Assembly: GCF_009914755.1 (NCBI RefSeq)
Contig: NC_060927.1
Source of the DNA: the human T2T-CHM13v2.0 reference genome, Homo sapiens
Length of the DNA stretch: 64,000 nucleotides
Reading direction: 5' to 3' (one strand)
The stretch's first letter is position 1. Each line of letters begins with the position of its first letter. Positions 28,323-43,099 of the stretch are shown one piece after another. The translations under genes were made by a program, and so were the position numbers. The notes under the pieces were generated by a model, which saw only the letters and a program-made list of their open reading frames with translations, was not told the origin of the DNA and did not search any database.

Positions 28323-29503
28323 CAAGGTCACACAGAATATAAGTGACAACCAGAATTAGAACTCGGACCTACACACTCTCACAACAAAATTCTTTTCTCT
28401 ACATTATACTGCTAAATTCTCTCAATATGTTTCTCATTTATGCTACTATAGGATGAGATGTGAATTATCTGTTTGCATGTCGTGTCCCAAAGTAGAAATA
28501 AACTCCTTGAAGACGATGACATGTATTATGAACATATTTATTTCGTAAGCTGAAAATATTGAGTATCTCATATTAAGAACCCAATTAACATTATATTTAA
28601 ATAACTACAATGATAGATAAATAATTTTAGCTTATTTGAAAATTATGATTATTATGAATTAATTTCTTTATGGAAATTAGAGGAGTTGTAGACAAGGCCA
28701 TACTGCCTTTTCTGACTTCCTGCTTTATTACCTCGGCCAGTGCAGGGTATTCATGAAACCCCCTATTCCACTTCCTTCTCATTGCCGCCCTCCATTTATT
28801 ACCATCTTTATCTTCCTGAAAAATAATTGCAAGTAGGTAAGTCTTGTTCATAAGTCTATATGCATTCCTGTTTTCTAAAGGTGAGTTTAAATGAAGTAAT
28901 TTTTTTTTTCTGGATGAATAGAAGTCTCTGTGTAATTTATTAACACCAAATTTTTCAATTTTATTTACTATTTATTTATTTAATCCACCCTAAATTTCTT
29001 CCGTATTATTTTGATCTCACTATTTTTCTTTCATCTCAAATGCTTTTCTAGGTCCCATTATTCAAAATTTTAAGAATCCTTCAGGGTCCAGATCAATTGC
29101 TACATTTTCAGTCTTCATATTTTTCTAATGACTACCTCTCCCATGCTAAAAGTAAGCCCTTTCTACGTTAAATCTTCATGCTTCTATTCTTAATTCTCTT
29201 CTGGTATGTATCATTTAAAAACGTGTATATTATGCACATTTGTAATTGTCTTATCCTCAATACTCATTTTTTTGTTCCTTTTCCCAGCAATGTGGCCTTG
29301 TACATGGTAATCACTAAGTAACTTTTACTGTGTGGATGAGATACAAGTGGATGTTGACAATATATTAGTTGAATGACCAGCCATGGAACTGATTTGTGTT
29401 CCTTAAGATATATGGGTCAAATACATTTAATTACAGATGGTAAGCCAAGTAAATATGAGGGGAGACATTAGGGATAGAAAATATTTCAATATTTTTGATT
29501 AGT

Positions 29504-30448
29504 ATTGATGTAAAAATCCTCAATAAAATACTGGCAAACTGAATACAGCAGCACATCAAAAAGCTTAGCCACCATGATTAAGTAGGCTTTATCCCTGGGA
29601 TGCAAGGTTAAACATACACATATCAATAAATGTGATTCACCAAACAGAACTGAAGACAAAAACTACATGATTATCTTAATAAAAAAAGAAAAGGCTTTTG
29701 ATAAAATTCAACAAACATTCATGTTAATAACTCTCAATAAACTAGGTATTGAAGGATTATACCTCAAAATAATAAGAGCCATATATGACAAACCCACAGC
29801 CAATATCATTCCGAATTGGCAAAAGCTGGAAGCATTCCCCAGGAAAACTGACAAAGACAAGGTTGACCTTTCTTGCTACTCCTATTCAATGTAGTGTTGG
29901 AAGTTTTGGCCAGGGTAATCAGGCAAGAGAAAGAAATAAAGGACATCCAAATAGGTAGAGAGGAAGTCAAGCTATCCCTGTTTGCATAAAACATGATCCT
30001 ATAGCTAGAACACCCCATAGACTCAGCCCAAATCTTCTAAATATGATAAATAACTTCAGTAAAGCCTCAGGATACAAAATAAATATGCAAAAATCACTAG
30101 CATTTCTATACACCAACGATAATCAAGCCAAGAGCTAAGTCAGAATGACCTCTCATTCACAATTGCTACAAGAAGAACAAAATACCTAGAAATACAGCTA
30201 ACTAGGGAGGTGAAAGATCACTACAAGGAGAACTACAAACCACTGCTCAAATAAATCAGAGACAACACAAAAAAATGGAAAGAAAAACATTTCTTGCTCA
30301 TGGATAGGGAAAATCAATATCATTAAAATGGCCGTGCTTCCCAAAGCAATTTAAAGATTCAGTGCTATGCCTATTAAACTACCATTGACATTCTTCAAAG
30401 AACTAGAAAAAACTATTTAAAAATTTGTATGAAACCAAAAAAGAGCCC
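29504..30448 (+). mobile_element. L1P ORF2 (reverse transcriptase region) internal fragment
   Basis: ORF 29667..29894 reads [37 protein letters not shown], which is L1 RT; abrupt ends on both sides. Confidence 0.92.
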
Positions 30449-30784
30449 TAGTATTTTTAAACAGGCTACAATGTCATTTTAATGATTAGTGCTAGCTGTA
30501 ATTTTTGTTACAGATGCCTACTTTTTAGGGGTGTAGAAATCTTAAGACACATTTTTGGTATCATGATATGTATTTTATTTGAATGTAATTAAAAATACAA
30601 TAGAAAACAATTAGTACTTACTTAAGTGATTTGATACTTGGAATGCAATTTTAGGGACTGATTTCAGCACCTTGGCCAGAGCAATGTGATGGAGGATGTT
30701 TTTGTTCACTTTGTGCACCTTGGGTTCAACAGGACAATTATTGCTTCCTCATACCAATAAATATATGTTCAAGAGTGAATCGCC

Positions 30785-30910
30785 AGAAGGCTGAGACAGA
30801 AGAATAGCTTGACCTCGACAGGCGGAGGTTGCAGTAAGCTCAGATGGCATCATTGCACTCCAGCCTGGGCGAAAAGAGCAAAACTTCATCTCAAAAAAAA
30901 AAAAAAAACA
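30785..30910 (+). mobile_element. Alu right-arm fragment with A tail
   Basis: GGAGGTTGCAGT.AGC.CAGAT..CATTGCACTCCAGCCTGGGCGA followed by poly(A). Confidence 0.85.
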
Positions 30911-33900
30911 AACCGAGTGAGTGGCAAAAATATGTAAAACCCAACTATAATCATTTTGTAAATATCCACTAAAGTCTTCAGACAGTTGTTTTACTTTAAT
31001 AACCATCCTTTTTAAATAACTAATCAACCATAGAGCCTTAGAGCTGAAGAGAACATTAAAAAATTACCTAATCCAAAACTCCTTTCTCCCGTTGCCCAGG
31101 GACAAATACCTGTGCTGAAGTAATTTTTTTCCAATTACAAATTTGTCCATAAATTAAAGTTCTTTTTATCATTGCAAATATGCTTATTAAACATGACATT
31201 TTCTTATACAATAGGTTATTTAGTAGAAATTTTCAGGAGACCAATGTTCTATTTCTAGGTTTTTCATGTGAATTGGACTAAGTAATACTAAAATTCTGGA
31301 TCTAAGATTTTTGTATTTCATAAAACGAAACAAAGGGTTGTAATGATACTGATGGTGCTATAGTTGCATGTATATTATTCTTTTATGAAAGCAATGTGAT
31401 CAAAGTGTGATTAGGACTCACAATCTGTTGAACTCCTTACAAAGGCATACCTTTCATAATTGAAATGACTTAGGATCCTTCCTGAAAAGTGACGTTATTC
31501 TCAATGATAATAAACCATAGAAGAAATGTGCCTCTTTGGACTGGATACTTTAATGCTTTCCAGTTTGCATATAAAACTAAGTTATTTTTAGTCTTACTTA
31601 CATAAGAGTTAAAATGTTTAGGAGGGAATTTCTGAATGGTACATGTTAAAGTGGTACCATTCACGTAGAAATACAACATTAGTGCTAGGATTAAGTAATC
31701 TAGTCTATGAAAAAATAAAAGACAGTGGAGTGCCTTTCTTTTCTCTCACTATCATATCCTCCTTCTTTCCCTTATTTCTAGATTTATGTATTAATAATAA
31801 ATTAAAATACAATATGCACTAGAAATATTGAAAAAAGACAACCACAGAAAGATAAGAAATATGTGTGCTGTAAGCCAAGTTATTTTACTCTTCTTTGTGT
31901 TTATTTTCTTTTCTTCTATCTTGGGATGGTCAACAACTTTAAGTTACAATGTATAATAAAATACCACACAATGCAATCATAAAATAATAATAGTTATATA
32001 TGTTGATATGAAAACATGCATAATGAATTCACATATTCAAAAACTAGTCAGTTCTGTACAACAAATGGCCAGTTTATTTAACAAATCAATGCTGTATAGA
32101 AAAGTATTAGATAAGTTTGGCTGTTATAGAATAAAAGAGTGTTACAAAATAAAGGTTTTACTAAGAAGTAAAAAACTATATTAAGGAATTAATATTAATT
32201 TTGTTAGATGTGATAAGGGTCTAGTGGTTACTTATAATTGAACATGTATATTACAGTGATTTGGATGAAATGGCATGATATCTTATACCTGTTTTTAAGA
32301 ACTCAAAATGGTGATCATAATATAGTAGTAGTTCTGAACAGATCAAACAAGATGTGAAAATGTTGATAATTGTTGAAGTACATGGGGCTCATAAAGGATT
32401 TTCCCTATTTTTACACGTTTGAAAATTTATACAACAAAAAGAAAAAATCAGCAGTTCCCAAAGTCACTATGCCCATTTCAGTATACTTCTCACCTTTTCT
32501 TCTACACATAAATGTGTATTTTAAAAAATACTTCTCATCTTTGCTTCTACACATAAATGTGTATTTTTGCTCTATGTGTATTGCTTTATGTGTTTAGTTT
32601 TGTTTTCTAATATGTATCATATAAGCATATGTGATTAAAAATATACCAATGTTTTGTAAAAATAAATGATTTTCTTTCTCCCACAATGCTAAAGGAACAA
32701 AAGTCTTATCAGAGATCATATATTGAAGTAAAGAAAATGTCTTATGGGTCCAATATATGTTGATGGTAACAATAATTACAGGGAAAGAGATCAATTCAAG
32801 AGCAAAATGATACCATGTTGGAGTCATCATAACTTGACTGGCCACAGATTTCCACTCTCAGAGTCTCTATCCCTTGCTGAACTACCTACTTTCTGATTGC
32901 ACTTCTCGCAGGAGCTACACTCAATTGATCTATGTGGTTTAGAAAATCTTTTCCAGTTCTCATAATTTGCATTTCCAAGCTTTCTTATTCTACCTTGATG
33001 TGTTTCTTTATAGATGATTATAATAGTAGTGATTATAATAATTAACATTTCTGCATCTTACCTAGTATGTGTCAGGACTAGTTCTAAATATTTCAGTGTA
33101 ACTCATTCAATCATTGTGTCAAAACTTGAGTTAAGCACTATAGTGTTGCCAATATTACAAATGAGGCAAAGTTCTAAAGAGGTTAAATAATCTGCATAAA
33201 GCCATGTAACTGTTAAGTAGAAAATTAGCATCTATTCTAATGAGTGTAGATATGAGCCTTTTGGGGGAACTTAACAACTGATTATCTTACATTTGGGTTG
33301 AGTCTAGGCATAATAGGAAGTCTGCTTTAACCAGCCTTTGTAAAGTTGAGGACTAAATGCTTCTAAAATCATTCAATATGTCAGCATTCCTCACAATGTT
33401 GGTTAAAACAGACTCCAAAGCCTATTGATTAAATTTAAAATCCATGGATAAAAAGATTGGAATAAATATTTTCTTAGTTCTCTCATATTTAATAAGATTA
33501 ATATTATTTATATGGTAGAAATGCTTTTTTCTTTCATCTTTTATGTATATGCCTTTGTACCTAGACAAGCTGAGCCATCCATCTCTCATGTGGTAGTGGG
33601 GTTGAACGTGTTACAGTAGTCATACAATGGAAAAAAATGTTAAAAAAATTCAGCTGTGATGTTGAACACAGTATTACAGATATATAATAATAGTCACATT
33701 TCATAGAGATAAAATTATTTCCTAGATGGGGTTGTAGAACTCGACCATAAACAAGCTAGAAGAGAAAAGAGAAAGCAGGTTGTCATATATTTGCTATATT
33801 CTCCTCTCTATTTTAGTTAAAGCCTTGGACAGCAGGGGCACCTTAAAAAGAGTAAGATGAGTGGCAATGACATAATGGCACAAAGGTTTCTGCCCTGCTT

Positions 33901-35646
33901 TCCCTTTATAATTCTGGAAGGAAATTGTGTCCCAGGCTCCCTCCCACACAGCAAACTCCACTCCTTCTCCCTTCACAAAGTTGTATCCTACATTTTTTTA
34001 TCCACACAAAATTCTTCTCATACGTACACACATAGGTATTCAACCATTGTGTATTATAGACACTGACTGCTTTTTTGCTTCAATCAATTAAGTGTACTTT
34101 ATTGCATTTCCTACAGCAATGTATAAAAGGACATCTTTCTCCACATTTCTTGATAATGTTTCTCCACATTCCTGTACATTATCATCCTTAATTTTTGCCA
34201 ATTTGAAAAGTAAGATTTAAAACTTAATAAATAAAAGTCTCAGAATTAATTTAAGTAGTGTATTGTTTTATTCAAAAATAATGAAGAATTAGTACTACAT
34301 AACTAGGCAATTAATAGAAGGATTTGAATAAATAAGAATCCAGAATGGTTACTTCTTATAGTTTAAATATCATCATTCCATTTAGAAATAAAACGTCTTG
34401 AGTATTTGTTGCTTAAAAATGTCTAACACAGTCATATAACGTTTTTTCTCTTTCCACTGCACGTATTTGACAATTCTTTGCTTTAGGAGGATAGAAATTC
34501 ATCACAGATTCACCACCATGACTTCTGGTAATTACCTTTGCTTATTATGTCTCTTTAGCTTTTCTCCAAATTGTTTTGATTTTGATATTAGCAAAAATAT
34601 AAATGACAGGGAAAAAATGTCATCCCAAATTCTCTTTTTTTCTATTGCTCCCCACCCCAAACGCTTTTTGTTGTTTATCTAGTTTCTGTTTTTAGCTTTG
34701 TCTATATATACACATTTTAAAATTAAATCATTTTATACAATGAAGTTGCAATTGTGTTTTTAAATAATTTAATACATATTTAATAATTGATTCCTTATAT
34801 ATAAGAATATATAAAATTCCTAAATTTATATGCATATTTCAGAATACAATGTTATCAAGGAAAAATATGTTATTAGGGAATCCTTTATAAAACCATAATT
34901 TAAGAACGATTGATAGTATCAGAAAAAAGTATTTATCAATATTTTGCATAAAAGTAATTTTTTGACAGTCTCTATTTTGCCAAAATTATATAAAAAAATC
35001 TGCCCATGATGATGGAGTGAGCATCAGGAAAAATAGACATTGCATCAGATTTCTAGATGAGCAATAACTTTGTGATCTTATAAGCAAATAGAGAAAGCAC
35101 AAAGAAATATTAAAGTATTCAAATATATAAAATAAATTTGAATACACTTAACAGAAATCACTGCTGTTTGGGTTTTTCAATTATTTGGAGGAATACAGAA
35201 GAAAAGGAGGGATTGATAAATTAGCTTACTTTGTTATCTGCAATATGTAGGAGATTCTCTTTTCCTTTGATAATAAATTACCCTATAAAATATGATCCGT
35301 GGATAAAATGAGTATAGATTATATCTGTAATGAGAAAATAATGTACATTATTTACAAAGTAAACCACTCAACTCAAAATTCAACACTCTCATCAATTCAC
35401 AGAATTGACCAGAGAGCTTAGAAAAAATTAGGTGTTAGTCCTATTGATTGCAGTAATTTTATTAACTTAAACTTCCAAATCAACCCTGAAAATTCATATG
35501 TCCACCAGAATTTTCTTGAGTTTTATTTTCAGAATTTTCTTGGGTTTTATTTCAATACATGAGAGCTATACCAAATTTAGGTTGGCAGATGCGTTAATAT
35601 CAATGTAAGATTTTGCAACATGAGGCAACAAATGATTTAAAAGCAG

Positions 35647-35785
35647 TGCATTAGTCCGTTCCCACACTGGTATAAAGAACTACCTGATACTAGGTAACTG
35701 CAGAACTGTGAGTCAATCAAACCTCTTCTGTTCATAAATTAGAAGTCTCAGGTAGTTCTTTATAGCAGTGTGGAAACAAATTCAG
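35647..35785. mobile_element. Two MST/THE1-type LTR 3' ends in inverted orientation (fold-back)
   Basis: Left part is the reverse complement of an LTR terminus; right part is the forward LTR terminus (AACTGTGAGTCAATCAAACCTCTT..CAGGTAGTTCTTTATAGCAGTGTG). Confidence 0.75.
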
Positions 35786-35835
35786 AAAGGAATGATAAGG
35801 TCTAGGGCTTTTTTTCCTTTTGCTATTTATTTTGA

Positions 35836-36147
<312 letters not shown>

Positions 36148-36276
36148 TAAAAGTGTAAATACTTTTTTACAAAACAACTACAGTTTCAGGAAATAAGCAG
36201 TGAAAACGTGTAGCCACAAGAAGTTCCCACATTATACATATATATATAGTTACATTACATATAATAAAGAATGTTG

Positions 36277-36590
36277 GGGTGGGCACTGTGGCTCATGCCT
36301 GTAATCCCAGCACTTTGGGAGGTGAAGGCGGGTGAATTGCCTGAGCTCAGGAGAATGAGACAAGCCTGGGCAACACGGAGAAAACCAGCCCTTACCAAAA
36401 ATACACAAATTTAGCCAGGTGTGATGGCATGCACGTGTGATCCCAGCTACTTGGGAGGCTGAGGTGGGAGGATTTCTTGAACCCAGGAGGTGGAAGTTGC
36501 AGTAGCCAAGATTGCATCACTGCACTCCAACCTGGGTGACAGAGTGAGACCACATCTCAACAAAAAAAGAGAAAGAAAGAAAAGAAAAAA
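36277..36590 (+). mobile_element. AluJ
   Basis: Diverged dimer with a (GAAA)n tail. Confidence 0.9.
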
Positions 36591-39500
36591 GAAAATTGGA
36601 AGTAACCTTCATATGAAGAGGTAATTAGTTAAATATGTTATAGTACATTCACAAATAGCCATACCATGCATTAATTGAAAATCATATTGCAGAAAAATTT
36701 TAATAACCTGAAAATATGATAGTTTCTTTATGAAAAAGTAATTATAAACTTACTGTTTGATATTACATATATACAGATTCACATATACATATGTGTGTAT
36801 ATAAAATTTATTACACATTTTAACACTTTTACTAAAAATATATAAATTCATATGCAAATAACTGAAGTAATTTGTGGAAATTTAAAGTTGTAGGCTTTGA
36901 CATATTTATTTGGTAATTTATGACTTGCTGATAAGCGCCTAATGATTGCTGAAGAGAAGTTCATGGAAACTCAAATTTGTTTTACTGTACATTTGCACTC
37001 CAGTTCATCTCAAAAAGCCTACTCTATTTATTTGTCCAACTAATATTTCACTCTCAACAGCCACTTGTGAGTCTGTTTATTGGGAGACCTCTATTCACTG
37101 GAATACTAAGGAAAATTATCTTTATTTTTCACTTTGGCTGATTTTAGCTTTGCTATATTGAATTACACTTTCTATTTTGAGGTAAACATCATAAATATTA
37201 GGTCGCTTTCGTCCATGAAACTGAGTCCATGTGTTTTAAACTTTAATCTTATAACTGGTGGACTGATAATATTATAACTGATCTCCCTCTTCCAATGTGG
37301 GTTAAACGTGTGGTCCAAGGCACTTAAGAATGGAGGAGATGGTCTTTTCTTGACATACTTTATTTTTGTCTCTTATAATTTGGATTCATATCTAGCAAAT
37401 AAAATGAAGTTTAGTCTATTCTTACTCAAAGTTGCTGCTTCCCTGGATAACATGACTAGCTATTGGTGTCCTTTATCTGGCAGAAATAGAAGTGCTGTTT
37501 TTTCCTACATATTGTGGACCTATGTCTTGGTTTGGTGACAATAACCTAGGGTTGTATCTATTGCCCCAACATAGCTTCCAGTTCAGTATTTGTCACTCCA
37601 GAAACGTCATAGTTTGTACAATAAATTATATAGTTATGCTCCTGGTGTGATATATTCGTGGGGTCCTTCTAGGGACCTGAAAAACTTCTACATAGCTTTG
37701 CCTTGACCATTTCTCACAGCTCCTTCTCCTAACTTCAGCTCACACTATCAGTTGTCTAATCTACAGCCTCTTGCAGCTCAGATCATTGCCTGGGAGATGG
37801 GTGGGGAACATAAAGTTAAGATGTCTCAAGTTTATTGAACAGAAGCTTCTGCTGAACTTCTGCAGTGTTTCATCAACCACAGTAATTATTTTGTCTTGAA
37901 AAATGTTGGGAATCCAGGTTACTCTGCTGTCTCCTCTTTCATTGCCCTGGATCCAGGTCATGTTGCTGCAGCCAGTGACTATATAAGGAAAAAAGATTAC
38001 ATTCCCTTTCTTGCCATCATTCCTCATCTTCACATGACTCTCTTGCATACCTCCATTTGCCTGCAAAGGGGAAGTTTCCTCCCCCTCTTCCTCTAATGGG
38101 GGGAAGGGTTAGGAGGGTTAGGATAGGCTCTTTTCTCATTGTATGTTCCAGAAAGATGATGCCCACTACCATATACTCTCCCTAGTCCTCATGTTGTATG
38201 TGCAGTACATTTAAGATCTTTACAGAAATATAGGAATATCATGTTTAAAAAATGACCTATAATTTTGAAACAAAACTGGTGGATATGCATCAAGAACAGC
38301 TGGTAATTTTCACTACGTACATTCCCATAATTTTGTCTATAAAGGGTAGGCCTGCCTCAGTCTTGAAAAATTGAAAAGCTTTAAAAAGGACATCTACGAA
38401 AGTTGGATACCTTTAATAGTTACCATACTGATACCAATGTCAATCAACATGAAAAGTGATGCTTTGAGGTTACAAATAACATATCTAAGCAATTGTCTTG
38501 ACTCTTTTGGATTTGATATACACTACTTCCCTTTTATTATTGATAAAACATTCATAGAAGCTGTGTGTTTCATTGTACAGAAGCGTCTGCTGCATTTCAA
38601 GAATATATACACCATTTTATAAAAACCTACCCTGCAGTCAACTGGAAAAGTTACCATTCTCTACATAGGCCCCACACTTGGTGCTGTTGAGCTTTTTGTT
38701 CTACCTCTATGTCTACTTGTTGTGATTCTAACTTTATATCCAAAGCATTTTTCTGATATCATGCCTTCAATGAATCCTTTCCTAGTTTCCCTCCACTTAC
38801 TAACTGGTAAACTCTTTTAAGACATGAGCTATAGTGCCTAAAACATAAAATTTCACTTTGAAGACAATAGGAAAACAGTGGGCATTTGTTGAATTTCATC
38901 AGTAAAAATATCTCTAACTGATTTAATAGTGTTGCATTCTATCAAGTGTGAAGCTTTACATTTGCGAATTAAATTGAAATGGATTTTTACTCTATGTGAA
39001 GGTGAAGATCGAGGATGTATGATAGAAATTTAACATATACACGGTCCTTAAAAGTTATAAGATTATCTCACAAAACTGGTAAACATATAGGACAAACACT
39101 ATTACCTCCATTTTAGATGTGGATACACTGAGACTGAGAAAAGTTAAATTAATTTCCAAGCTTGACAGTTATGAGTGGAGGAACTTACTTTTTATACTGC
39201 AGTCTTTCTTTGTTCATAATATCACTGCACTGTAGGAAAGGGAGTGGGAATCTCTGTATTCGGATCAACTGACATAAATAAATTCTAATAATTACTATAC
39301 ATATTAAATGGTCTTCCAGAAGCCCATTTCCAGGTCATTGAAAGGATATTTCCATTCATCATCTAGGGCTATGCTGAGTCACCAGCCATTTTTACTCTCG
39401 TCGTTAACAGGATGGCTCCCAAGAAACCTGATTCATCCCTTATCATTTCAAAAGGAAGCAGCCTGCTAATTACAACTATTGTGGAAATTTGGAGGGAGGA

Positions 39501-40656
39501 CAACAGGATTGGCTAGGTGGGACTAGTCATGGTTCTGAAAAACAGTGGAAGAAAAGGCTAAGGTTCTGGCAATATGGTGCTCTAATTCCCCAAGGAGGCT
39601 GAGATTCCTGGGGTGCACACACGGCTCTATTCATGGGTGGGCCACCTGGCACTGTGCAGATGCCACTTCCAGGTTCCACCCAAGACTCCCTGTGGGCCAG
39701 GGGTGGAAGAAGAATAACTCTGTGGCTTCTGGAAGATGGCAAATCCTAGGAGAGCAAAATGAAAGGAAGGTGTGTTTTGCCTTTTGCCTGATTATAACAA
39801 GGGATTCTGAATTCTCAGCGCATACTCATTGCAGAGATTTCTTGCTGTCAACTTCACAGCAACTGGAGGACCCTGAGGGAATCTTTATAAAGCTCCTGAG
39901 ATAGTTGGGCCTTATCCCTGAGGGGCTAGTCATTTGGTATTAAGGACTCTCTTGAAATGAGAAATTACCTAGAAATACCCTTTCTATGCCTTATTATTTC
40001 AGATTATAAACTTGGTGTAGAAATAAGAAGCAACAACAAAAACAGCAGTCATGTTCCTGAAAAGGTATCAATTAACCACTGATTTCCAAAGTGTGAGGAT
40101 AGACTGACTCCAGTGTGTTAGAATGAGTCAGTTTATAAATATGACTATTCACTGTTTTACTTTCCCTTTGAGTTATACTGAAAAGGAATGACAGTAAAGG
40201 GAGTAATGCTATTACTTAAACAGGTATAAAATTTATTTTCCGTATTAAAGGAAGAAGAGGAAGACTTTCATAAGGATCATTTATACACTGCTACTTTAGG
40301 CTTTAATATTAGTAACAGTAATTGAGAAACAGATTTATTTCCCTTTATTTGAATTTTTTTGTTTAAGAAGCATATCAATACTTTGGACCATGATAGCCCG
40401 CTTTTCCATCCTACTCTACTCATCCGAATTTCTCTCTTTTGAAATGATAGAGGATGAATTAGGTCCCTTGTGAACAAGCCCTGTTAGCAATAATGAAATT
40501 CTTCAGCACCAGAATATCCTTCTGTTGAAAGTAAGGAAAGGTTTAAGAGTTCCTCCATACTTTACACTTCTATCTCTGAGATTTGTAATAGTCTCTGACA
40601 GCCTGTTGACTGTAAGCATATTTGCTAGTGCCAAATATTATCATTATGTGTGATAG

Positions 40657-41075
40657 TGATAGAGACAGGAGACAGCCAAGTGTCCCCAGTGAAACCCTGC
40701 CTTCAAGCCTAAAACAGCCCGGAGGCTGAAAAACCGGACTGCTGGTTCCGGATGAAGCCTGCCGTTTCCCGACTGAGTCTGTCCAAATAATGCCCACCTG
40801 TGCACTGGGAAGATGGGGAAGAGCCTGAAGAAATTCGTGTCCGTTTGCAGGAGTGAGGAGCCTGGCCTCTCCTGTTCCTATGGGGTGACCTGGGATTTCA
40901 ATATGTAAGGCAGGAAACCTGCCTGCAGGACTCTTTGCTGAAAGTTATTTTTCCTTTTTCCTTTTTGCCTAATAAATTCCACTCCTCACCCTTCTGTGTG
41001 TCCGCGAGCCTAATCTTTCCTATTCGTGTGACAAAAAGCTGGTTTTAGCTGAACAAAGGAGAAAATTCCGCAACA
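40657..41075 (+). mobile_element. ERV1 solo LTR (MER61-like; subfamily uncertain)
   Basis: TG...CA termini, 4-bp TSD ATAG (40653-40656 and 41076-41079), internal AATAAA at about 40971; 419 bp. Confidence 0.85.
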
Positions 41076-43099
41076 ATAGTAGAAAAGGTATTAGACCCAA
41101 CATTAGCACCAGGGTTTATCTTGGGCCTCAACTATTGTAATGTGGCCCATATAACACTTAGAACCAGTTTTCTTATCTTTAAAATAGAAATAAAGACATG
41201 AAACACATTGTGATAATATGTTTGAAATAACTTACATCAATTACATTCCTATTCAAGGATTATTTAAAGTGAGTGAAGTTTATTCATAGTTTTCTCCAAG
41301 GAAAAAAAAATACCACTGTAAGAAAACTAAATAAAATCCAGGTTATCCATGACTGATAACAAGATAATCTCCATGTAGTGACAGGTTACTGCCCTGAGAT
41401 GCAAGTCTCAAATCACTGTCTCTTGATATTAATCCTTCCCTGAGGAAAATATGGCTATATACCTATATAGTGGCCTCAAGATAATCCTGCTCAAAATTTT
41501 CATATGTGGATACCCTAGTCTTTTCATAATTCCTCATGGTATAACTAAAATCAATCTGGAACATTTAACTGAGGCTTTATTCATTTGAGGTGGAATGTCA
41601 CAAAACTAGAGAATATTTTGTGAGATGTCAATTGCTCTTTAAGCTCACAGACCTTATCCCATGTTGGTTTCTGTCATGCTTTTGTAAGGTGAGTGTTATC
41701 TTAACAACATTCAATAATCTATTCCTAATCATAGCCTTCCTTGAAATCCCAAACCAGATTGCTGACATTTTTTGAGCACATAGATCCAACTATACTGGAA
41801 ATATAAACATCAATGATGAGAGCCAATTATTCCCTTGCTTTGATTAAGCATATTTAAATTATGTTTCTCTCATTTATAGCCAAGTTAGTTTTAACACATA
41901 TTTCATCCTTATATCCTCAGCTGAGCCTGAAACGGAGGCTATATCTCAGCTGAGGCTATAGCTGTTGAATAAATACCTCCATTATTAATCATACTACTAT
42001 TTCATACATTTGAAAATTGACATGCTTTTTTTTCTGTGACAAAATTTACAGAATAAATGGGTACAGAAAACTTTTTCTTGGTTCGTTGCTCCATTCGCTA
42101 AAAAATGTTTCCAAAATAAGGGCCAAAAGTAGGATTAAGTTTTTGTGATTATTTATTAGCTATAAATTCATTACAAAATTGACTCTTACATATAATTAGA
42201 AATATTTCAAATTATATAGAAATCATATTATTTAAAATATTAAGTGTTAAATTATATTTAACAATTGCAGGATATTTGATACAAGAATTAAAACTGGATG
42301 TCTGGTTATGTTTATAGAACAAAAAACAGATAAAATATGAAAAATAAGTTGAAAAACATTATATATTTGTAGCTTGAAAACAAATTCTATTTGATTTAGT
42401 GAAATATAAAGAAAAATATCAGAATTTAATATTTAATCTTATGTGAATCTTTTGGTAAACTGAAACACAGGTAAAATTATATACCCTGACCTTACAAGCA
42501 AGATGTAATATTTATCAAAAACTTATCACTGGATATATTAACGCTATACTTTTCTCCACATCTATGCTACAGGTGGGTTGTTAAATCCATTTGTCATTCT
42601 TCCTTTAAAAAAGTCGTTTTCTTGAATTAAATCAAATAGATAATTTTTTCCATTAATTCATATTGCTCCTTTTCCTCAAATTTTTCAAACTTATAGTTTA
42701 GCATCACTGAAGTCTTAAATAATCTCATTTATTTAACATCACCTTCATAGCTGAAGCTTAGCAACAACCTTTTTTTCCAGATACGAGTGAGATACAAGTA
42801 TGATTTATTTTTCAGATGATCAGAGGACATTGGAAAATTTAACAAATTGATACTGGATTCTAATTTTTATGTGTGGCTAGTTAAGAGAGTAGTGTACCCA
42901 GAAGGCACTGGACTCTAAGCCACTTAACATTCGAAAGCCTCATTAATATGCCCTAGAGAAGGGAAAGAACCATCAAGCCCTAAATGCTGAAGTCATTAGT
43001 CTGGCCATAGACATCATACAAAGAAGAGCAAATACACAGGATTATGGTTACAAACCAGGAGAAGAAAATCTGCTATTAGGGAATGTTAAGCATGGTATA

